Source: Candidatus Micrarchaeota archaeon
Lineage (GTDB): Archaea; Micrarchaeota; Micrarchaeia; Micrarchaeales; CABMGC01
Direction: 5' to 3'
Length of the DNA stretch: 49,828 nucleotides
NCBI GenBank assembly: GCA_021827925.1
Contig: JAKATZ010000033.1
Span: 1-49,828, forward strand
Shown piece by piece: positions 26,205 to 34,266 of the stretch; position 1 is the stretch's first letter; every line of letters starts with the position of its first letter. The position numbers and the translations under genes are program-made. The notes below the pieces were generated by a model. The model ran no database searches. It saw only the letters and a list, made by a program, of their open reading frames with translations, and was not told the origin of the DNA.

Positions 26205-27632
26205 CTAAGAAACATTTCCTGCAAGAAGCGAACGCGCGACATCGCGCCGTTCCTTTATTATGTTCTCCAGTTCTCCCGGATCCTGCGCTAGATCGTACAG
26301 TTCGTCTATCCTTCCCTTTCCATAGAAGTGTAAAAGCTTATAATTCTCGCTGTATATCGCAGTCGCAGCGGTATTGTATCGTACCTTTGCCTTGTATATT
26401 CTATCCGCATGCTTAGATCTCCTCTTGAAACGAAGGAGCAGCCCTGTATCCCAAACCTCCGATATGCCTGTGTGGTCTGAGAATACAAACCTCTCCTTTC
26501 TCAGGGAACCATCGATATCCTCCTTGCCGTATCCTAGGCCAACTATCGCATCTCCAAGCGCAGAGAGACTGACGTTCTGCTCTATCCTGCGTCCGCTGCC
26601 GATCTGCTTACCATCGATAAAACGGGCGGTCACGAGAGGAACCTTGGATATCTCATTATACGGGAAAAGAGTATGGAACATCTGGCCGTGCTCCATGAAG
26701 GCCTGACCATGGTCGCTTGTCATTACAACAACAGCATTATCCAGAACTCCGCGTTCCTTCATTATTTCCAGTAACTCCTTCACCTTCCCGTCTAGGTACA
26801 TCAGCCTTTCTTCGTACGCCTTCCTTATGGTCCACACGTCTTCTGTGCCTGCGATATTGCTCACGTAAAGCCACTTGTCCTGGCTGACATACTTCTTTGT
26901 GACAAGCCCTATTGGGTAACCTTCGTGTGCTTCCATGTAGTTGAGAAATAGGAATTTGTTTCCATGGGGCGCCTGCGAGAGATACGAATCCACGAGCTTG
27001 TTTGTGAGTGCGGCCCCCTGATCAAGATTGCCGAAACCATACTCTTCGCTGTACCTCCTGTTCAGTGTTCCCCTGAGGCTCAGATAAAGTCTGTCAAGAT
27101 GATGCCTAGGTATCGCAAGGGATATTCCATACGCAAGCTCGGTAAGCCCTTCCCTGAGGGTGTCGTTGCTTATGATCCCAAGCGCGGTCTTATGGGTTTT
27201 GAGCTTGTTTTCTATGAATACATTCTTGATGTAGGAGAATCCGGATCCGAGCCCTGTGGAAGGGCTGATGAACGGGTTATTGGAGAAGAGAGATGTGCTA
27301 TAACCTAGGGATGCCATGCGCTTCGCAAGCGTCATATCCCCTTCCTTTATATACCTGTTCTTGGACACCAGCGGGTCCGTGTTCTTATAGTAGTTCTTTA
27401 TCGCATTCCCCCTAAGTCCTTCAATGCTGCGCACTCTCCTTCCGGTGAAAAGCGAAAGGTGCGAAGTGAGCGTATAGGTTCCTGGCGCAACAGCATTAGC
27501 ATAAACCGTACCCCTATCGCATACCGCATCGATCGCAGGCAGTTTCAGATCACCGCCATAATGTCTGAGGCAGTCAGCTCTAAGCGTATCAAGCATTATG
27601 AAAACGATGTTAGGTCTACCCCCCTTCCTCAT
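26205..27632 (-). CDS. Sulfatase-like hydrolase/transferase (AlkP superfamily)
   Basis: PNIVFIMLDTLRAD, YTLTSHLSLFTG, NYMEAHEGY, TSDHG, ELYDLAQDPGELEN. Confidence 0.9.
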   Translation of the reverse strand: MRKGGRPNIVFIMLDTLRADCLRHYGGDLKLPAIDAVCDRGTVYANAVAPGTYTLTSHLSLFTGRRVRSIEGLRGNAIKNYYKNTDPLVSKNRYIKEGDMTLAKRMASLGYSTSLFSNNPFISPSTGLGSGFSYIKNVFIENKLKTHKTALGIISNDTLREGLTELAYGISLAIPRHHLDRLYLSLRGTLNRRYSEEYGFGNLDQGAALTNKLVDSYLSQAPHGNKFLFLNYMEAHEGYPIGLVTKKYVSQDKWLYVSNIAGTEDVWTIRKAYEERLMYLDGKVKELLEIMKERGVLDNAVVVMTSDHGQAFMEHGQMFHTLFPYNEISKVPLVTARFIDGKQIGSGRRIEQNVSLSALGDAIVGLGYGKEDIDGSLRKERFVFSDHTGISEVWDTGLLLRFKRRSKHADRIYKAKVRYNTAATAIYSENYKLLHFYGKGRIDELYDLAQDPGELENIIKERRDVARSLLAGNVS

Positions 27633-27940
27633 CAGAATACTTCCTCCGGGCAACAGCTCACAGCTCTATATTAAATTGAAAAGTTTTTAACTTTTTGTTT
27701 CTATTTCGCCTTTTTCGCACCTGTACTCTCTGGAAAAGGCAACAAGGGGTTCTGCCCATCTTTTCCAATTACGCAAGCCGCTACGTGCTCTACCTATCGG
27801 ATTTCTGACAGTGTTTTTGCTTCTGCGTGTATAAAAGAGCATTGCTAGAAACGGCATTTGGAAACAGCATCTGCCTACAAATGCATAGAAAGGCACCGAT
27901 AGTTTTCCATCTCTCCCTGCAATAATGGTATGCAGCGACA

Positions 27941-27962
27941 CAAGAACCTATATAAACCTTAG
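27941..27962 (+). promoter_or_regulatory. 23S rRNA gene promoter (TATA box)
   Basis: CAAGAACC-TATATAAA-CCTTAG about 180 bp upstream of the 23S 5' end. Confidence 0.6.
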
Positions 27963-28116
27963 CGGCGAATATACTCTGGTGCTTTAATGGCCACCGTCTG
28001 CTCTTAGAGTTCTGTGTTTCGAGAGCTACTTTTGCTTGATGAGATACATGACAACCTAGAGCATATGCGTTATGCCATGAAGACTAGTGAGATTGCCTGT
28101 TGGCAATTGATTTGAG

Positions 28117-31000
28117 GAGAAGACAAGCTTGAATGACACATTTTAAGCCACCTAGTGGATGGCTTGGCTCTAGCAGCGATAAAGGTCGTGGCAAGCTGCG
28201 ATAAGCCCAGGGTAGTTGCATGTCAAACGTTGAACCTGGGATTACCTTGTTGCACCATGAATAGTGGTGCACGCATACGCGGGGAACTGAAATATCTTAG
28301 TACCCGCAGGAGAAGAAAGCGAGAGCGATGCCGTTAGTAATGCGAATGAAAGCGGCGCAGGGCAAACTGAATCCTGCTGCGCGAGTTGCAGGAGATGTGG
28401 TGCAGCTTTTAGACTGGCTCACCTAGCTGAATGCTTTGGAAAAAGCAGCCATAGAGAGTGACAGCCTCGTAAGCGGAAGAGAGTCAGTCGTGCTGTGTTT
28501 GAGTAGCTCGGCCTGAGTATGTCGAGCGAATACGGGGGCATTAAACCCCAACCCTAAATATTGGCTAGAGACCGATAGTGAACAAGTAGCGCGAGCGAAA
28601 GCTGAAAAGAACCCACACGCGTGGGGCTGAAAAGATCTGAAACTAGGTGGTTACGAGAAGGTAAGGTATGAGAGGAATGAAGCGTGCCAAGCGAAAGCGC
28701 GAGAGCGCATAGCGAAGCGCGTGGATCAGTATCTTATCTTTCTTCTCGAAGCAAGAGCCAGGGAGTGTATTGAAGTGGCAAGCCGAAAGGCGAAGTGAAA
28801 GCGAATGCGCGCAAGCAATGAGGCGCAGGATGCGAAAGCATCTGAGTCACTTCTTTACGACCCGAAGCCATTGTGATCTACGCGCGGCCAGGACGAAGTC
28901 TGGTTTGTGCCGGATGGAGGTCCGCAACCAATCCTAGTATATCTGGCTGGGTGAGCTGCGGGTAGGGGCGATAGACCACTCGAACATGGCAATAGCGGGT
29001 CCCCTTCGAAGTATATTTAGTATAGCCCCAGGCGAGTTTGCACATGAGGTAGAGCTACCGATTGGAAGGTTTGGAGTCGAAAGGCTCCTTCTTCCTCTCA
29101 AACTCCGAATGCATGTGCTGCGTAGACCCTGGGAGTCGGCCGCATTGGGTAAGCTAGTGCGACGAGATTCGAAAGAGAAAGACTTTGGTTAAGGTCCCCA
29201 AATCCTAGTTAAGTGTATCGAAGGACGGCGTAATCTTAGACAGTCGGGAGGTAGGCTCAGAAGCAGCCATCCTTTAAAAAACGCGTAATAGCGTACCGAT
29301 TGAGGTTATGCTATCCGAAAATGGACGGGGCTAAATTAGGTACCGAGACCAAGGCGTCCGAAAGGACGGGTAGGAGGGCGTGCGGGATGGCTAGAAGCCT
29401 GGCCGTGAGGTCAGGTAGACCATCCTGCAGTGAAAATCCTGGTGTCAGTAACAGCAAATAAAGGTGAAAATCCTTTACGCCGAAAGCACAAGGTTTTCCT
29501 TGCAATGATCGTCAGCTGGGAGTTAGCCGATCCTAAGCAGGCAGCTAATTACTTGCCTGCAAAAGGGAAACATGTCAATATTCATGTGCCTAGCACGTAG
29601 GCGTGGCAACACAAGGCATATTTCCGACGCTTGAGGATAGGCCTGAAACAAAGTGCAAATGGCTGCGGAGTCTTATTATGAGGAGAAGCAGCTAAATGAA
29701 CTAAATATGGCTGAGTTCTTGAGCCCGTGAAAAGGGAATATGCAACGATCGTGCTAGATCGTACCTAGAACCAGTACAGGTGCTGCTGGCTGAAAAAGCC
29801 AAGGCGTGTCAGGAGAACCCGGGTTAGGGAAATCGGCAATCTAGTGGCGTAAGTTATCGAGAAGCCATGTCTGCGCTTGGTAAGCGCAGATAGCATTAAC
29901 AAGGGGGGAGCGACTGTTTATCAAAAACACAACTCACCGCAAAGCCGTAAGGCTTAGTACAGTGGGTGACGCCTGCTCACCGCTAGTACGCGAAACTCCA
30001 ATACAACGGAACTAAGCGCTAGCAAAGAGCGGGAGTAACTCTGACTCTCTTTAGGTAGCGTAATACCTCGTCACTTAATAGGTGACTTGCATGAAGGGCG
30101 TAACGTCTCCCCCGCTGTCCCAACTCGGGACCTGGTGAACTCACTACGTGGTGTACATGCCACGTTCTCTCAGTGGGTAGCGAAGTCTCCATGAAACTTG
30201 ACTATAGCCTGTTGCTGTTGTGTGAGTTGTGATGCATAGCGTAATTGGGAGCGTCGAAGCATGTGCTGCGGCGCATGTGGAGCGACAATGTAACACCAAT
30301 CTTCACTTCTTACGCAACTTACCATGAAAGTGGGACAACTGCAGGTGGATAGTTGGACTGGGCGGTTGCTTTCGATAAGGAAACGAAAGTGACCAATGCT
30401 CTGCTTAGGTGGGTTGGGAACCCACCGTAAAGCATAAAGGCAAATGCAGGGCTGACTGTATCTCGAAAAGCGTGAGATGCAGACCGGAAACGGGGGCTTA
30501 ACGAACTCTGGATGCTCTTTTAATGGGGCACCATGCTGTCAAAAAAGTTACTCTGGAGGTAACCGGTTCGTGGCGGGTGAGAGTTCACATCGACCCCGCC
30601 GTTTGATACACCGATATGGGCTTAGGTTATCCTGGCGGTGCAGGAGCCGCCAAGGGTTGGACTGCTCGTCCATTAAAAACCTACATGAGCTGAGTTCAGT
30701 ACGTCGCGAGACAGTACGGTAGCAACTACTGAGAGTGTTAGTGTCAGAGGATAGGGTCTCTTTAATACGAGAGGAACGAGAGACCGGCGCCTCTAGTGGA
30801 CCGGTTGTTTATAGCATTGCCGGGTAGCCACGCGCTAAGCGGATAAATCCTGAAAGCATCTAAGGATGAAGCCGCATCCGAAACGAGACACTTAGGGTGG
30901 CCATAGTACATGGCCTTGATAGGGCGGGCGTGTAGATGGGAAGCTTCGGCGACCCAAGAGCGCACCGCAACTAAATCCTAATTTTCAAGCTTGTCTTCTC
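28117..31000 (+). repeat. Perfect 17-bp inverted repeat enclosing the 23S rRNA (terminal/processing stem)
   Basis: GAGAAGACAAGCTTGAA (28117-28133) is the exact reverse complement of TTCAAGCTTGTCTTCTC (30984-31000). Confidence 0.85.
28134..30983 (+). rRNA. rrl: 23S rRNA (stand-alone, highly divergent; ends approximate)
   Basis: GTGGATGGCTTGGC, GAACTGAAATATCTTAGTA, AGACCGATAGTGAACAAGTA, CAGAAGCAGCCATCCTTTAA (GTPase centre), H69, domain V, SRL TACGAGAGGAAC, CTGAAAGCATCTAAG. About 2.85 kb with no evident intron. Confidence 0.98.
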
Positions 31001-31016
31001 TGTCTTTTTCTTTTTA
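31001..31016 (+). terminator. Oligo-T terminator of the 23S transcript
   Basis: TGTCTTTTTCTTTTTA immediately after the 3' stem arm. Confidence 0.65.
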
Positions 31017-31182
31017 ATATGAAAAAGGTTAGGATTAAAAGGAAAAGCCATTGCCTGAACTTCCAAAGTGAAACTTTCAGAACCTGAGCTGTGCCTCCGT
31101 CTGGTTTGCCATAGTTGCATGAATCCGCAAGTTTCCTAGTTACCGTTTACGGCAAACCTGTCTACTCCTGCGCATATGTGGC

Positions 31183-33123
31183 TTACTTGAATCTTATGGT
31201 ATCCAGATCCATTGGCGCCCTGGCTTCTACGTGCATCTTGCTACCAAGTGTCCTAGCAAGGTCATCGCATTTGCTCTCCTCGCCGTGCATCGTGAAGATC
31301 TTCTTTGGCGAAGGTTTAAGATGTTGTACAAAACTTAGCAACTGCCTTCTGTCGCTGTGGCCAGAGAATCCCTCCATCGTGCTTACTTGCATACTTATCT
31401 TCACTGGTGAAAGCTTTCCATCTTCTCCTGGCAGTGCTGTTTCCCTGAGTCCGTTCTGCACTCTCCTTCCAAATGAGCTTGCGCTGTTGAAACCCACAAA
31501 CGCGAGCAAGTTCTTCGGATCCTCTGCAAGCGCCTTGAAGTACTCAAGACTTGCTCCGCCATTGAGCATTCCGCCGCTTGCAAGTATTACTGAAGGTCCC
31601 TTGTCAAGTATTTCGCTCCTCTCTCCCTTCGCGATCTCGAATATCTCGCTCTCGAAAGGAGAATTGTTGTTAAGTATCCTGTGCCTGAGGCTCATTTTCA
31701 GATACTCCGGGTATGCTGTGTGTATGGCGCTTGCTTCGAGTATCATACCGTCAAGATAGATTGGAACATCCAGCTTGTAATTAGGATTGTTTGTTATATA
31801 ATTCTCAAGAACCAGCATCAGTTCCTGGCTCCTCCCAACTGCAAAGAGAGGTATTAGAACCTTCCCTCCGTTGTCAACCGTCCTCTTTATCGCTTCCATC
31901 AGCACAAGCTCTGATTGCTGCCTGTCCTGTGTTATATCTCTCGGTCCTCCATAGGTGCTCTCTATGAACAGCGCATCGATCCTTGGATATCTTGTGTCTG
32001 CCTGGTCAAAGAGCCTCGTGAATCCGTACTTCATGTCTCCGGTGCTGACTATGTTGTACATGCCCTCTCCTATGTGGAGGTGCACTATCCCGCTGCCGAG
32101 TATGTGGCCTGCGTTGTGATACGTTAGCTTTATCTCATCAGTTACGTTCGTTACCTCTCCGTAATCCCTGGTTATCATATGGGTAAGCATCATCTTTATG
32201 TCCTTCTCCCCGTATAGCGGTGCGCCTCCGCTCTTCTGCACGAGTCTTGTGTAGTCATATAGGAGCAGGGCTGCAAGATCCCTGGTTGGAGGGGTGCAGT
32301 AGACAGGCCCCGTGTATCCGAACTTGAACAGGTAAGGAGTGAATCCCATGTGGTCCATGTGCGCATGCGTAAGTATCACCGCATCAAGGTCGTTTATGGT
32401 CAATCCCGCGCTGTCAAGGTATGGGAATGCCTTGTTCTCAGTTCCAGCCTGGTCAAGCCCCTTTATTCCTGGTTCAGGGCTTATTCCGCAGTCTATAAGT
32501 ATTTTCGAATGATTTGTTTCCAGAAGCAGGCTGCTCCTTCCTACCTCTCTGAATCCTCCCAATGCCGTAGCCTTTAGCCACTCGCTCTTCGATACGGGCA
32601 GGTTGATCTTCTTGCCTATGCCAGTAAGGAACTTCTTCCTGAACTCACTCTCCCTGACCATTAGCTGCCTCACTCCCTTTATAACATCGCTATTCATTGT
32701 TGGAGTCCTAAGCACCTTCGGTATCCACCGCGTCTCTGTTATTATCCTTACCAGTGTGCTTCCACCCTTTCCTATCACAAGACCTGGCTTCATAGCTTCG
32801 ATGTACACCTGGGAGAACTCCTTCACGAACTTTATTCCTTCCTCACTTACTCCGGCATCTGCTGGTACTATCTCGAGTATCTTCTTGGCAGCCTCCTCCG
32901 GTTCCATGAGCATGGCCGGCTCGCTTCTCACAATAAGCCTTTTTTTAATCGATGCCGAGATGTTCCTTATAATATTCTCATCAGAATAAACATACTCTAT
33001 GTTCTTCACGTAAACCGCTATGTCGGGCCCCTCGAACTCTATCTTAGCCAGCCCTGCCTCTCCAGGCATAAGCTCCTTTACTTTCTCGAAAATCTCCTTG
33101 TTCTCCTGTACGTCTTCGCTCAA
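31183..33123 (-). CDS. fttA: KH-domain beta-CASP ribonuclease aCPSF1 / transcription termination factor FttA
   Basis: Two KH domains (PGLVIGKGG), GGFREVGRS, THAHMDH, AGHILG, ESTYG, FSGHSD, HGE; next to the proteasome beta gene. Confidence 0.96.
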   Translation of the reverse strand: MSEDVQENKEIFEKVKELMPGEAGLAKIEFEGPDIAVYVKNIEYVYSDENIIRNISASIKKRLIVRSEPAMLMEPEEAAKKILEIVPADAGVSEEGIKFVKEFSQVYIEAMKPGLVIGKGGSTLVRIITETRWIPKVLRTPTMNSDVIKGVRQLMVRESEFRKKFLTGIGKKINLPVSKSEWLKATALGGFREVGRSSLLLETNHSKILIDCGISPEPGIKGLDQAGTENKAFPYLDSAGLTINDLDAVILTHAHMDHMGFTPYLFKFGYTGPVYCTPPTRDLAALLLYDYTRLVQKSGGAPLYGEKDIKMMLTHMITRDYGEVTNVTDEIKLTYHNAGHILGSGIVHLHIGEGMYNIVSTGDMKYGFTRLFDQADTRYPRIDALFIESTYGGPRDITQDRQQSELVLMEAIKRTVDNGGKVLIPLFAVGRSQELMLVLENYITNNPNYKLDVPIYLDGMILEASAIHTAYPEYLKMSLRHRILNNNSPFESEIFEIAKGERSEILDKGPSVILASGGMLNGGASLEYFKALAEDPKNLLAFVGFNSASSFGRRVQNGLRETALPGEDGKLSPVKISMQVSTMEGFSGHSDRRQLLSFVQHLKPSPKKIFTMHGEESKCDDLARTLGSKMHVEARAPMDLDTIRFK

Positions 33124-33208
33124 AGAACCACTGTATATATTGGGTATATCCTCTAACTCCGCTCCTGTTGCTATAGAAAAACGGTTGTATCATCTGTCAC
33201 TGTAGTTT

Positions 33209-33847
33209 TCACTTAAGCAGTTTCTCTATCTCTTCCTTTGCGTACTCCTTGAAACCTCCTTTCTTGGTAATTGATACAAGCCTTATGCCATCCCCTGTAG
33301 CTGTATCCCTCTTCATCGCTATCCTCAGCGCCTTTACTACGTGCTTCAGCGCATCCTGGACCATGATGTCCTCGCCGTACACGCTCTCTATGTATCCAGT
33401 CGCCGCTATCGATCCGCTTCCAGTAGAAGTGAATTTCGATTCCTTTATGTAGCCTCCCACGGGATCCACGCTGTATATCTCCGGGGCTCCCTTGTTAAGC
33501 CCTCCCAGTATGAACTCCACGAGGAAAGGGAACATTTTGTTTTCCTGCAATATTAGCGATATTATCGAGGTGGCAGAAGTAGGTGACATCACCTTTCCCT
33601 CGTCCATGTAATACATATCGCTCTGCACCTTCAGCAGCTTAACTAAGTACTCTGCATCTCCAACCCCTCCTGCTATGGTCATCGCAAGGTTATTGTTGAT
33701 CTTGTAAATCTTTATTGCCTCGGAGCTTGAGATGTACGTACCGTATGTCGCCCTTACATCCGATCCCATCACTATTCCATCAGTGCAAACTATGCCGACT
33801 GTAGTAGTACCATGCCTTATGTGGTCTGGAAGATTCTTATAGTCCAT
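33209..33847 (-). CDS. psmB: Proteasome beta subunit
   Basis: Propeptide ...HG|TTTVG, DVRAT, AGGVGDA, TGSGS, RDTATGDG. Start at ATG 33847. Confidence 0.96.
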   Translation of the reverse strand: MDYKNLPDHIRHGTTTVGIVCTDGIVMGSDVRATYGTYISSSEAIKIYKINNNLAMTIAGGVGDAEYLVKLLKVQSDMYYMDEGKVMSPTSATSIISLILQENKMFPFLVEFILGGLNKGAPEIYSVDPVGGYIKESKFTSTGSGSIAATGYIESVYGEDIMVQDALKHVVKALRIAMKRDTATGDGIRLVSITKKGGFKEYAKEEIEKLLK

Positions 33848-33919
33848 TCTAATGCCCCAGTAACAATTTAAAGATAAAGAAAGCGCCAAATAAAAAACGC
33901 GCGCTTAATTGCCCCGACT

Positions 33920-34171
33920 TCATATTATTAAGCTACCATTACCTATAAAAAACTTGCTATTTTCTATCGGTTCAGCAAGTTCCGCATAAGCAAACGTCCT
34001 GTACAACTTGGTTATCTTTATCCTATGCTGTTTTCCTATCCTAGCCTTCGCGTTCTTCACGAAGATAACCACATCGTCTATGCGACCTATGCTCTCCCCC
34101 TTGGGGTTTCTTGCATTCAGTCTCACTTCGTACGTTCCCCCTTCAACTAAGTCTTCTATTCCCATGTTCAT
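33920..34171 (-). CDS. Single TRAM-domain RNA-binding protein
   Basis: VEGGTYEV...KGESIGRIDDVVIFV...IG..RIKITK...FAYAE pattern. Confidence 0.85.
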   Translation of the reverse strand: MNMGIEDLVEGGTYEVRLNARNPKGESIGRIDDVVIFVKNAKARIGKQHRIKITKLYRTFAYAELAEPIENSKFFIGNGSLII

Positions 34172-34266
34172 CCCCTACCAAAGGTAATGTGCAGGACAAG
34201 ATATTTAAGCCTTATCTACAGCTACGCATTTTATCTCTGCAAAATGCGATTCGCGTTCAATGTCCT

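Noticed and set aside
27687..27941. 84-aa minus-strand ORF upstream of the 23S promoter
   Set aside because: No recognisable features; lies in a divergent promoter region; cannot be supported.
28084..30965. Short ORFs inside 28.1-31.0 kb
   Set aside because: They lie within the 23S rRNA gene and are spurious.
31103..31158. GGTTTGCC/GGCAAACC inverted repeat downstream of 23S, considered as 5S rRNA or ncRNA
   Set aside because: No 5S consensus motifs, and an 8-bp repeat alone is insufficient.
31115..31759. Long antisense ORFs (e.g. 31115-31759, 17593-18381, 43764-44948, 42821-43480, 9623-10357)
   Set aside because: Shadow frames of well-supported genes on the opposite strand.
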